A stretch of DNA of 64,000 nucleotides, from NCBI RefSeq assembly GCF_006345805.1, contig NC_043018.1, forward strand, positions 9,176,001 through 9,240,000. Direction: 5' to 3'. Each line of letters begins with the position of its first letter. The stretch's first letter is position 1. This stretch comes from Octopus sinensis (lineage: Eukaryota). A program made the position numbers and the translations under genes. This document shows, one piece after another, positions 37,427-49,583 of this stretch. The notes under the pieces were generated by a model. That model had not been told where the DNA came from and ran no database searches. It saw only the letters and a list, made by a program, of their open reading frames with translations.

Positions 37427-37858
37427 TCATTTAACGTCCGAATTTTGGATAATTGTTTATTTAGCACTTTCATCTAATTTCAGAGATTCATTAGGAATGA
37501 TATTTTTTTGTGGAGTTGAATTGGGAAGAGAATGTTCTTTGTTCTTTCAAATCTATGTACGTGGTGAATTTTTGGAGGCTTGGTTAGAAGAATAAAAAAC
37601 ATAAGACAGACAAGACAGCATATACACATACATGATGTACCCAGAAGGTGATAGACTTTATCTGATGTGTTATTTTAACAACTGCTGTAAGGATGGAAGG
37701 CAAAGTAGACCTTGGGAAATTTGAGTTCAAAATGTAAATGGATGTAATTAAATATAGCAAGGCATTTGGCCCATCATGCAACCAGTTCTGCTATAAATAA
37801 AGGGCACCAACAACAATAAACAAAAACATGAACAATTCCAAATATAGTTATAACTTAC

Positions 37859-37941
37859 TATCTTTGTAAATACCAACAGCGTATCGATGGGTGGAGACTG
37901 ATGACGGTCCGGAGGCAAGAATGGTTTTGTCCATGACATTA
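37859..37941 (-). CDS. POLR3E: POLR3E exon 5 (NVMDKTILASGPSSVSTHRYAVGIYKD)
   Basis: AG acceptor, GTAAGT donor, 83 nt, phase 2/1. MDK...RYA motif. Confidence 0.95.
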
Positions 37942-39268
37942 CTAGAGGAAGAAATGACAGGTTTTCAGTTGACTATATCAAAAATGATATATATAATAAC
38001 AGCGATTAATTACAACAGGTAATTTAATTAAGCTATAGGAATCCAGGGAATCCTGTTGAAGATAAAAATAATCAAATGGCAGAAAATAAAATCAAGTTTA
38101 CGAGATTGATGTGAAAGAGAGAGAGAGAGAGGGGCAGAGTTTGAAGGGTGTCTGTTTATTGCAGGAACCACTGATACAACCATTGTGCTGTGTATGGTCC
38201 AAAGCATGCAATGAGGTTTTGAGGCGAGTTGGAAAGTGCCAAGAGATTTAGAAAACAAGGGTTTTTAATGCACCTCAGTTGTGCAAAAACAATTTCAACA
38301 TTTGTCAGCCACAGATGTCACCATCACTTTTAACATCAACCAATTCCCTACTCAAAGAAGAAGAGTAAAGACCCCCTTTCGTCATGGATGATCATGGGAT
38401 TGCACCTAGAAAGTTCCCCTCTGAGACACAAGTCCGGGCAAGGTTGTTTATGGAAGACCAGCAGTCGCCCATGTATACCAGCCTCCCTTCTCCGTGCCAC
38501 TGATGTTATTCAAAGGAAAGGCAAAGGCTGATACAGCTTGGCACCAGGGACGTTGCAACTCACTTCTACAGCTGAGTGAACTGGAGTAACGTGAAATGAA
38601 GTGTCTTGCTCAAAAGAATGAAGAATTTAGGCAAAACCAACAAGATGGTGTTTGGGACTATAAATTTACATGAGATTTAAAATTTTTTACTTTATACTTG
38701 TTTCAGTCATTTGACTACGATCATGCTGGAGCACCACCTTGAAAAATTTTAGTCGAACAAATCAACTCCAGAATTTATTTTCTCAAGCCTAGTACTTATT
38801 CTATTGGTCGCTTGTGTCAAATTGCTAAGTTGTGGGGATGTAAACACAGATACAAAAGCACACACACAGGTATATACATATAATGGGCTTCTTTCAGTTT
38901 CTGTTTACCAAATCCACACACAAGGCTTTGGCTGACCTAAGGCTGAAGAAGAAGACACTTGCCCAAGGTGCCATACAGTGGGACTGAACCTGGAACCATA
39001 TTGTTGGGAAGCAAGGTTTTAATGTAGAATATTTTAAACAGAAAGTTCAATTCATAGAACCTAGGGTGGTCTCAGGTAAGTTGGGATCAAAAGGGTTAAA
39101 CTTTCCACAAATAATTTTAGGCAAAGAATGTTTTCTAAATGATGGACAGAGATACCTGACTAAATCCTGAACAAATTTCTGACTATTTTCACCTGGGTGT
39201 GTATTTAATTAGAAATACAGACACTTAAATGGGTTAATGAAGCATTAATACAAACAAAAACTATTTAC

Positions 39269-39387
39269 CTGTCAAAGAAGTTCTGTTCAGAAGGTTTATA
39301 TCGACCGTCGACCATGAGGGCCATCTGTTCACCTTTGCTGAATGCATAATTGTTGCTCTTTGTATTAACAGGAAGTTGGATTTCAAT
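39269..39387 (-). CDS. POLR3E: POLR3E exon 4 (IEIQLPVNTKSNNYAFSKGEQMALMVDG...)
   Basis: AG acceptor, GTAAAT donor, 119 nt, phase 0/2. Contains the SKGEQxALxVDG motif of the Sin_N domain. Confidence 0.95.
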
Positions 39388-39649
39388 CTGAAGGCCATAC
39401 GAAAATAAAATTTCAAAAATTAACAACAGAGAAAAATAATTCCTAAAATAGGAACAAGGTCAGACATTTTGGAGTAAAACTAAAGGCGATTGTATTGATC
39501 GCAGTACTTGAGCGGTATTATACTTCATTGACCCCCAGAGGGGGCAAAATTGACCTTTGTGTGATTTGAACTCAGAATGTAAAAAGCCAGAATGAATGCT
39601 GTGAGACGTTTTCCCTGATGCTCTCACAATTCTGCCAAGCCAACACCCA

Positions 39650-39687
39650 TAATAATAATAATAATAGTAATAATAATAATAATAATA

Positions 39688-39718
<31 letters not shown>

Positions 39719-39810
39719 TAGTAATAATAATAATAATAATAGTAATAATAATGATAATAATAATACTAATACTACTACTAATAATGATGATGATAATAAT
39801 AATAATCAAT
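39650..39810. repeat. (AAT)n microsatellite with AGT/GAT/ACT variants
   Basis: Direct reading. Confidence 0.95.
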
Positions 39811-41090
39811 AAGAAGAGTGTGATGCAGTTTGTAATAGACTGTTTCGTTTTTATATGTAGTTTGCAAGATTCTTTATGTGAATTTGTGTGTTGAAGCATA
39901 TTTTATTGTGTCCGGGGAGAGTCATTCTCTTTTAATGTTTATTAATTTAATACACTCACCAGTCGGATTTCCACACATTTCCTTATTATTATAACAGACA
40001 GAATCAACGACTATTGAAAAGGTTGCAAGTTGCAACGAAAATTTTAATAAAAATAATAAGTAAATGAGTGGAAATCAGACCAGTGAGTGTGTTAAACTAA
40101 TAAGGCACTAAAAGAGAATGACCCACCCCAGACACAATAAAATAGATTGTTTATTTAACAGTTTGAATGATATTTCAACAGATTGTCTTTCTTCTTCATT
40201 TTGAACTTGAAGACAGTTGAGGTCGAAACACAGTTCAAACCATGAAATAAACAATCTATTACTCATTGCATCACACTCTTCTTAATGCCGACTTACCTTC
40301 TTGGTGACACGTAAAAAGCACCAACCGATCGTGGCCGTTGCCAGCCTAACCTGGCCTCTGTGCCAGTGGCACATAAAAAGCACCATCCAATCGTGGCCGT
40401 TTGCCAGTCTCGTCTGGCACCTGTGTCGGTGGCATGCAAAAAGCACCATCCGTCCGTGGCACGTAAAAAGCACCCACTACACTCCTGGAGTGGTTGGCGT
40501 TAGGAAGGGCATCCAGCCATAGAAACATTGCCAGATCAGACTGGAGCCTGGTGCAGCCTTCTGGCTTCCCAGACCCCAGTTGAACCGTCCAACCCATGCT
40601 AGCATGGAAAGCGGATGCTAAATGATGATGATGATGAGTGATATAATAATAATCATAATAATCCTTTCTACTATAGGCACAAGGCCTGAAATTTTTGGGG
40701 CAAGGACCAGTCGATTAGATCAACCCCAGTGCATAACTGGTATTATACATGTACCTCCTCCTCTCTCCTGCACACTTGTAACAACAAAGAATAGATTTAG
40801 CTTTTTTTATTTTTTGTCAGTCAGATAAATTGGAGAAAATAGGTGGAATAAAAGTTCAACTAAGGACCATTTCTTCTATATTTCAAGGAACATTTTTGAA
40901 GTGGCTGATGTCAGGAAGGGTATCCAGACATAGAAACCCTGCCAAAGCAGGCATTGGAACTTGGTGCAGCCTTCTGGCTAGTCAGTTCCTGTTGGACCAT
41001 CTAACTCATACCAGCATGAAAAAAGGGATGTAAAATGATGATAATGATTGTCTATCATAAGTGCGAGATGAGAGGATTGTGATAACTTAC

Positions 41091-41168
41091 CTCTTTCTGA
41101 GTTGGTTTCACCTTCACACTTAGAGGTTTGATGTCTTCATAGGTCAAATGAGAAGGTCGAACAAGATA
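41091..41168 (-). CDS. POLR3E: POLR3E exon 3 (YLVRPSHLTYEDIKPLSVKVKPTQKE)
   Basis: AG acceptor, GTAAGT donor, 78 nt. Resembles YPVRPASMTYDDIPHLSAKIKPKQQK. Confidence 0.95.
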
Positions 41169-41280
41169 CTGGACAACGGAAAAAAAAGAAAAAAAACACA
41201 AAATAACAATGTTGGTTTCATGAAAAGAATTTAGTGAACAAACATATGAAATGGTTACTTGATAAACACACATCTATATA

Positions 41281-41665
41281 TGGAAGCACTCCGTCAGTTA
41301 CGACGATGAGGGTTCCGGTTGATCCGACCAACGGAACAGCCTGCTCGTGAAATTAACGTGTAAGTGGCTGAGCACTCCACAGACACGTGTACCCTTAACG
41401 TAGTTCTCGGGGATATTCAGCGTGACACAGAGAGTGACAAGGCCAGCCCTTTGAACTACAGGTACAACAGAAACAGGAAGTAAGAGTGAGAGAAAGTTGT
41501 GGTGAAAGAGTACAGCAGGGATCACCACCATCCCCTGCCGGAGCCTCGTGGAGCTTTTTAGGTGTTTTCGCTCAATAAACACTCACAACGCCCGGTCTGG
41601 GAATCGAAACCGCGATCCTACGACTGCGAGTCCGCTGCCCTAACCACTGGGCCATTGCGCCTCCA

Positions 41666-41666
<1 letters not shown>
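41281..41666 (-). mobile_element. SINE family B (tRNA-Arg-like head), tail type 1
   Basis: Head GTGGAGGCGCAATGGCCCAGTGGTTAGGGCAGCGGACTCGCAGTC with A and B boxes. Confidence 0.82.
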
Positions 41667-41699
<33 letters not shown>

Positions 41700-42303
41700 G
41701 TTGTCATTCACAGGTACATATGACCTTATACCATAGTTTCACTAATTGTTTTAGGTTCCAATGGAGATAGAGGCAGACAGAGACATCCTCTAGACCTTTA
41801 TCCCACCCATGACCCTGTGGAACATCAAGGATGTAAGAGCAGGAGAGAGAAGGGGGTGGGGATACACCAGCAGTTTGAAGTTCTTTTAAAATCTGAATTT
41901 TCAACTGTTAGCAGATAACAAATCCTCATCCAGACAGGTTCCCAATGCTGGATGTGTTCAAGAACTAAATGAAGGGCAGATTTTCAATTCCAGGGTCATC
42001 CCAATTCCAAAAAGGTATAATATGTCTATGTAGGGGCAAATGAAGACTGAGGTACAGGGGTCCCAGACAGACGAACAGACAAACTTCTGTCATCATCATC
42101 ATCGTTTAACGTTCGCTTTCCATGCTAGCATGGGTTGGACGATTTGACTGAGGGCTGCACCAGGCTCCAATCTTGATCTGGCAGAGTTTCTACAGCTGGC
42201 CGCCCTTCATCATTATAGATATTCAAATATGAACTTCATTTATAACAATATAAATTGCTTTTACAACTTTCAAAATCCAGAGAAAATGAATTTGCAACTT
42301 TAC

Positions 42304-42354
42304 CTGGAGAAGATAAAGGTTTTCAGCCAAACTTTTAGATAAATAGACATCTAC
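42304..42354 (-). CDS. POLR3E: POLR3E exon 2 (VDVYLSKSLAENLYLLQ)
   Basis: tttctccccAG acceptor, GTAAAG donor, 51 nt, phase 0/0. Resembles IDVYLAKSLAEKLYLFQ. Confidence 0.95.
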
Positions 42355-42903
42355 CTGGGGAGAAAGACAAAGAAAAAAGATATAAATGGTACATAAAATG
42401 ACAAAAAGACGAGTTTTGCATTCAAGATTTCATTTTATGATTTAATTAGTACCTGTACCTTACAAATTCTAAATCCAGTTGTTTTTAATAAACACTAGCT
42501 GAATGTTTATGTAAATTTGGAAATTAGCATTTAAAAGTTTGGAATGTGAATTTTTATAATTATCATTATTCAATTAGCCATGTGTACCAAGATTTTACCC
42601 CTTCACATCATCATTGTTTTAATTTTTTTCATGTTTGTGTGGGTTAGACAAAATTTGTTGAGACAAATTTTCTATGATTGGATGCCTTTTCTGCCACCAA
42701 CCTCACTTTCTTATGAAGACTGGAAAATGAACAACCGCATCGGTACAACAGTGATGCTCACAAAGGCACATGGCTTAGTGGTTACGATAGTTGGCTTACA
42801 ATCGAAAGGCCATGAGTTCAATTCCTGGCAGTGTATTGTGTCCCTGAGCAAGACACTTTATTTCATGTTGCTCCAGTCCACTCAGCTGGCAAAAATGAAC
42901 AGT

Positions 42904-43072
42904 GCGCAGGAGTGGCTGTGTGGTAAGTAGCTTGCTTACCAACCACATGGTTCTGGGTTCAGTCCCACTGCATGGCACTTTGGGCAAGTGTCTTCTACTA
43001 TAGCCTCCGGCCAATCAAAGCCTTGTGGGTGGATTTGGTAGTGGAAACTGAAAGAAGCCCGTCATATATGTG

Positions 43073-43119
<47 letters not shown>

Positions 43120-43320
43120 TCGTGTGTCTGTGTTTGTCCCACCAACATCGCTTGACAACTGATGTTGGTGTGTTTACGTCCCTGTAACTTAGCGGTTCGG
43201 CAAAAGAGACCGATAGAATAAGTACTAGGCTTACGTAAGAATAAGTCCTGGGGTCGATTTGCTCAACTAAAGGCGGTGCTGCAGCATGGCCACAGTCAAA
43301 TGACTGAAACAAGTAAAAAG
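42904..43320 (+). mobile_element. SINE family A, full length
   Basis: Matches the family A consensus. Confidence 0.88.
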
Positions 43321-43824
43321 TGCCTATATTTCAAAGGCCCAGTCTTGCTGAATTTCCCTGAGAACTACACTAAAAGGTACACGTGTCTGTGGAGTGCTCG
43401 GCCACTTGCATGTTAATTCCCACAAGCAGGCTGTTCCAGTGACTGGATTATCTGGAACTCTTGTCATTGTAACGACAGACTGCCCAGACGCTCGTTTTCA
43501 ACTAACGAACAGTGTCAAGACAAAGAAGACACAAACAAGCAAAAAAAAACAGGCTTCTTTCAGTTTCTGTTTACCAAATCCAATGACAAAGTTTTGACCA
43601 GTGCAGGACAAAAGAAGATACTTGCCCAAGGTGCCATACAGCCATGTCTGCAACACCATCACTAAATATCTCACTATAATATCCACAACCACTGAATATT
43701 GCATCTTGACTCCATATAAGAGAGAGACAGTAGCCCCGCAAATCTTAAGTGCTTAGGGTCTAAAGGATAAATAGATCAAGTCATTATGGTTAATATTTAG
43801 TTTTAAACTGTTGTAGGTTAGTGC

Positions 43825-43860
<36 letters not shown>

Positions 43861-43902
43861 CAGTCACTTCTGGGGGAGGGTTGGATTAAAATATTTAGTT
43901 AA

Positions 43903-44122
43903 CCCTTTTGTTACCATATTTCTGTTGAGATGCTCTGCGTTTCTTTCAATTACTTTAAATATAACAAAGAATTAGTAAAAAAATTAGTTTATCATTAAGT
44001 TAGTGTTAGGAACATAAATTGTGACTAAGGTTTGGTGGAAGATTTTAATTCAAAACTTATGAAAACAAGACATTTGTACTACAGAACCAGAGGCGGTTTC
44101 AGGCGGGTTGGTATCAAAAGAG
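43903..44122. mobile_element. piggyBac-type MITE (a related copy lies at 30861-31082)
   Basis: TTAA-CCCTTTTG...CAAAAGAG-TTAA. Confidence 0.75.
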
Positions 44123-44703
44123 TTAAAGAGGAACAAACAGAGTGAAAGATGAAGAACAGTGGATGCAGTCAGAGGCAGATTTGGATGGAAATAGCAAAGA
44201 GCGAGAATATCAACGGCAGGTAGCAAAAACTCGTGTAGTCGTGGCCCAGGAGTTAGAGATGATGGTTTCAGATTTATAAATAAAGACAATCAGAAGATAT
44301 AATGTTGTGATTCTCATGCCTATTCCACCATCATTAAGGTCATGAATGAAGCCATTTCACAAGGAATTTGAAACAGTCGCAGACATGGTCCACAAAAGAG
44401 TTAGAAAAAGAGCAAGACTACAGGTATGACAAAATAAATTGTGTCAGGTTTATAAATACAGGAGAAGTGAAAGTGAAGTTTGTGGCATTCATGCCTGTTT
44501 CAGAGGCATTAAGGAGTTGAGTGAAGCAGTCTCAACAGGAAATTGAAATGTAGCTACAGACTTGATTTCACAAGAACTTCTTACTGCTTCAATACGGATG
44601 ATCACCATTATCCTATAGATGTGGCCCTGAGCTGCCAAAGCCTTCGATTCCTTTTGATCCTCCTCTGTAGTGCATATCACATCTGAAACAGCAGCAGCAA
44701 GTA

Positions 44704-45198
44704 CCGTAAATCCTCGAGTATAATACGCAGGGGATTTTTAGGGGGCTGTACCTCTAAAAAACCTAAACCTTGTGTATAACACACAACCCTTCTCTAACTT
44801 GAGCCAAGAAGGTCTATACAACGTCCTTGGTTTGTAAAAATGTATACGGTAATGTCCTTTATTATTATCGTATATATAACATAATGCAAACGTGTAGCAT
44901 TTTTGTGCATTTTGTTTGCAGAAAATAAAGAAATAACAGTAATAACGTTTAATAAATGTTGCTTATTGCAAGTTATGGATGATTCTTTTATGACTTCATT
45001 GCTTTCAGGCTTAGCTTAAGGTATTTTCGCACCCAACATCAAAAAATGCATCTGAATAAACATTGCCGGACAACAAATAAAGACTCGGACATTGCTTAGA
45101 AAATAATTTTCATTTTTAACCTCGTATATAGTACGCACTAGGGATTTTGACCTTTAAATTTTGGGGGAAAAATGCGGATTATACTCAAGGATTTATGG
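44704..45198 (-). mobile_element. Fourth copy of the CCGTAAATCCTCGAG MITE (inverted)
   Basis: Reverse complement of 3628-4122. Confidence 0.85.
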
Positions 45199-45779
45199 CA
45201 GTTCAGAACTGAATATTATCAAGCTAAGTCTTCCTTATTTCAGATGACACCCACCCTACCCCAATACACACAGACACACCCCACTTAACTCAAATTGATT
45301 AATTAAACAAGCCCATAACCATCCTACCATATTTTTTTTTCAGGAAAAGTCTACTCTCGGCTATAATAGTCAATGTCCCCACTGCCCATTTTTTAAGACA
45401 GTACTGTGATTTAAAAGAAACTTGGCTTCTATTTCTAGCAGGTCATGATTGCACAGAAACTCCCTTGTTGGTTTCCACGGAGAATGGCTTTTGTTAGTAT
45501 TGTGATGGATGTTGTTTTCTTGTATCACTATGGATACAATAAGTATAAATACACACAAATGGCTGAAAGAATTACATACTACCCCCACCTCACACATATT
45601 GAATATGATGGGATTTTGTACAGCTAAATTTCACTCAAAGTATTGGTCAACTTAAGGGTAATAAAAGTAATAAAAGGATGTCAACATTGGAATTGAACTC
45701 AAAGCCACCTAGTTGTGAAGCAAACTTCTTAACCACTCGGCTATGCCTGCACTGTTAGTCAAATTCTGCTGCCCAGCAT

Positions 45780-46135
45780 CATTAGATGAAGACATTGTTG
45801 ACAAGTCATCCTAACGAGACGTCTGCGTTGGCTGGGTCTTGCCCTCCATCGTCAACCAGGAGAATTCATCCAAGAAGCAATTGCCCCAGCTCCCCTTCAG
45901 GGTTGGCGAAAGCGATGTGGTGGACAACGAAAAACCTGGCTGATGACAGTCAAGGCTGATCTGGAACCCAACCTAGGCCCCCATATCTACGGCATTCACC
46001 GCTGGAATAAGGAGTGGTTGGAGATCACGCGGTCGTTAGCCTCAAATTGTCAGGTCTGGTCAGCGTTTGTGAGAGATGCAGCATTGAGGATAAATGAAGC
46101 CAGCTCAACCCACCCCGGGTGAATGCTGTCTCAAG
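45780..46135 (+). mobile_element. RTE-clade LINE 3' fragment
   Basis: VILTRRLRWLGLALHRQPGEFIQEAI...GWRKRCGGQRKTWL, the RTE C-terminal motif. Confidence 0.75.
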
Positions 46136-46959
46136 CCAAAAAATTGTTGATGATGAAAGCAAGGAATTGAAATGGATAAATAAAAATTATTTCTAATGTA
46201 AGTAGAGACTCATCCCAAATTTTGGAGGAGTAAATGGGTCATTTGTATCAAATTAGGTGTTATATTTATCCAAAAAGGGGAGGATGAGGGAGGGTTCAAT
46301 ATCATCATCATTTAGCATCCGCTTTCCATGCTAGCATGGGTTGGACTGTTCAACTGGGGTCTGGGAAGCCAGAAGGCTGCACAAGGCCCAGTCTGATCTG
46401 GCAGTGTTTCTACGGCTGGATGCCCTTCCTAACACCAACCACTCCATGAGTGTAGTGGGTGCTTTTTATGTGCCAGACGGGGCTGGCAAACGGCCACGGA
46501 CGGATGGTGCTTTTTACGTGCCACCGACACAGGGGCCAGGCGAGGCTGGCAACAGCCACGATCGGATGGTGCTTTTTACGTGCCACGCAATAGAATTTGA
46601 GCTCAGAATATCAAGCAGTGTGTGTGTGTGACAAGAGAGGAATGGGAATTTAGAGATGTTGCCAAATGGTTAGTTTATATTTGTGAATCTTGTCCAGATT
46701 TTTGTAGGATTAACTTGGCTCCAAAGACAGAGTCAAAGAGAATCGAAAATAATGGCAGAGAAAAACAAATTATATTTGTCCTTTCAACCACCGATTAACA
46801 AGGACACTTTTATATACAGTTTAGATAAAACAGACATTACATACATAAATATTTGATGCATAGAAAAAAAAGGGAGGGGGTTTCTTAAATTGCAGACTGA
46901 TTACAAAATAGTGATGACGATAAATCTACACATTTAAAATTGTGTGCGTGTGTCATATA

Positions 46960-46962
46960 CAT

Positions 46963-47033
<71 letters not shown>

Positions 47034-47038
47034 CGATG

Positions 47039-47103
<65 letters not shown>

Positions 47104-47112
47104 TATATATTA
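46960..47112. repeat. Compound (CA)n-(TA)n-(GA)n-(TA)n microsatellite
   Basis: Direct reading. Confidence 0.95.
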
Positions 47113-48115
47113 TGTATTAATGTTTGGTAGCAATGAAAATCATTCTCTATATCTCAATTTATGCTGAAGCTACCATCAAGATATGAGGATATATGACAAT
47201 GTTTACATCAAAAACATTTTTTCTTGAAGGCAATCTTACGGTTCGCTTCCTTGAAATTTTCAAAGAACAATAATTTTCCATTTTCGATCCGGACTCCATC
47301 GGAGAAATTGAAATAGCAAAAGAGGTGCGTTAACAAAACACGTGTTTGAACTTATGAATAAAATGATTTCTCAGATGAATGTGTTCTAGTAAATAATTTA
47401 ACACAAACGACACATTCCCAACATCTAGTCTTATCAACGAAAGGCAATGATTTTGAGAGGGTTTGAAATCGGAATATTTAGTTACCAAACTGTATGTGAC
47501 AGAATCTTAAATGCCTGGTTCTCGTATCTTAAACATCACCAACACACAAATGGTTTTCTTTCTTTACATTATCATAAAACAACCTCAAAACAGCGATATA
47601 ATCGTGCCTTAGATTGTTATAAGACTAGAAACCAGAAAAGAACGGTGTATTCATTAAAATCCACCTCAGTATATGACTGGTACGAACTTAAGAGATTAAA
47701 AAACAACGACATCCCGATGTTATTTGGACACAGAATGGAAAAGAAGAAAAGTAAATATCACAGAATAATTAGTTCGGACCTCAACTGTTTGCAAATAAAT
47801 TATCCTTGATCAAGATAACGATGTTGTGGAGATCATGTAATTGGGAAATGGAATGCCGTCTCTCTATTACTGGAAAGTAATTAATTCAATTAACTACAAG
47901 GACTTAATTAAAGTGAAATATCCAAAGTGCGAGGAATCGACCGGCGAGGTTTCAATTCAAAACAACGAATTACAACGAAAGATTAAGGCGCGAACCATTC
48001 ACTGGCGGCTGATGCTATTAACTCACAGATCAGATCTTGCTTTGTGTCAGCCATACGAGGCATTTACCTCCAGTTTTCATTAAATAAATCGCAATTAAAC
48101 CCTAATTAAACTCAC

Positions 48116-48148
48116 CTCGTGGACAACCGGATCGGCCTCGTCCGCCAT
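48116..48148 (-). CDS. POLR3E: POLR3E coding exon 1 (MADEADPVVHE)
   Basis: ATG in AAAATGGCG context, followed by a GTGAGT donor. The peptide resembles the human RPC5 N-terminus MANEEDDPVVQE (recalled). Confidence 0.92.
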
Positions 48149-48240
48149 TTTACTTTGAAATGAACGAAATAACATTTTGACTTCCGGTTGGCGCAAAACC
48201 GGACTTCCGCTGATTTACGATATAAATGGGACTTACCTCC
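48140..48240. promoter_or_regulatory. Housekeeping-type promoter of POLR3E
   Basis: YY1-like CCGCCATTTT overlapping the ATG, ETS-like ACTTCCGG (48180-48187) and ACTTCCGC (48203-48210), locally CpG-rich, no obvious TATA box. Confidence 0.65.
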
Positions 48241-49583
48241 CCTCTATCATATGTATATCCATCGCAGCCTGCTTGTCTCTGTGGGTGTGCAGGTTCCCTT
48301 GAATGACTGAGGTTTGTAACTTTTTTAAAAATTCTTTTTAAATGGTTGTATTTCTATTTGGGCGGAAAGGTATTCTCCTTCGAAGCTCTGTATATATTCG
48401 AACTGTGTTATATTAGGTTTTATAAAAAAAAATGCGGTGCCCCAGCATGGCCGCAGTCTAATTACTGGAACAAGTAAAAGAAAAAAAGAACATGTTTCTC
48501 TCTTATGCATAAAACGTCTTCATATGGTTTAAGGCTACTTGTGGTTATGTTCCAAGTTTTTGTTTTAAATGCTAATTTTTTTAGCAAAACGCAAAATGTC
48601 TATGTTCTTTCCTCTTTTTCCACACACACGGCATAAATTTTTTTTTAAGTGTTTACAAAGTTATAGAAGAGGAGGGACAAAAAACTGAAGTTATCTATTT
48701 TTGCAGAGTTGTAATTTCTGCTGTTGAAAGCATGCAAAACAGTGAAGACATTGCAACTTTTGACGCAGTCGATAATTTCCGACGCTATTATATAGGGTTA
48801 CCATCATTTTAATTTTTTCTTTTTTTTTACTCGTTTCAATCATTTGACTGGCTTTGATATTTAAATGATTGAAACAAGTAAAAAAAAAAAAAATTTTAAT
48901 GATGGTAACCCTATATAATAGCGTCGGAAATTATCGACTGCGTCAAAAGTTGCAATATCTTCACGTTTTGCGTGCTTTCAACAGCAGAAATTACAACTCT
49001 GCAAAAATAGATAACTTCAGTTTTTTGTTCCTTCCTCTTCTATAACTTTTTAATATTTATCGCAAAAAAGAAAAATAATTCAGATTTGTAAGCAATAACA
49101 TAAACCCTGTTAGTTGGCTGAGTTTTGTCACCTTTTTGTTTTTCTCCAAAAATTTTTCTAACAAATTCTATGGCATTTGCATAGAACTGACTTTCTGACA
49201 ATTTTTTTCGGGGTATTTTTTACAGCATATTATTGTAATTTACATTTAATAATGAAAACCTTAAGTAGTTTTTGATTTCGTTACAAATGTCTGAAATATG
49301 CTGATCACAAATATATCATTTTCAAAAATACATTCGATGAAATTTGGGGTTTTTATGAAATATATAATTTTCAACACTATCGGATAGCCTAAAATAATCA
49401 TAACTTAAATTGCATTTCTTTAATTTTTTTGTGTTTTATTGGTGTTAATACAGTTTCCCACCTCACTAAACAAATTTCGCTTGACACCTATTTTATCTCT
49501 TTTACTATTCCATTAACTTTTTAAGGTTAAATTGGTTTTTCTTTTAAAGCCCAATTCCATAAACTAATCCAAACTGGATTAGT

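Noticed and set aside
39618-39899. Poly-Asn and poly-Ile ORFs
   Set aside because: Translations of the (AAT)n microsatellite.
41225-41278. Minus-strand IDVCLSS... resembling POLR3E exon 2
   Set aside because: No acceptor or donor, and a much better exon 2 exists at 42304-42354.
44130-44700. Possible CR1/L2 remnant
   Set aside because: No diagnostic motif could be read with confidence.
1103-47167. The many short ORFs with YIYIYI, CVCV or HTHT tracts, or recurring MPKMPRSGTEPGTMW-type peptides
   Set aside because: They are read-throughs of SINEs and microsatellites on both strands, not genes.
47447-48083. 120-aa and 80-aa plus-strand ORFs in intron 1
   Set aside because: No recognisable domain or splice structure; compatible with chance in AT-rich DNA.
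48735-48790. GTGAAGA...GTCGATA hammerhead-like string in the promoter-proximal palindrome
   Set aside because: GATA instead of GAAA, stem II out of register, and no stem I.
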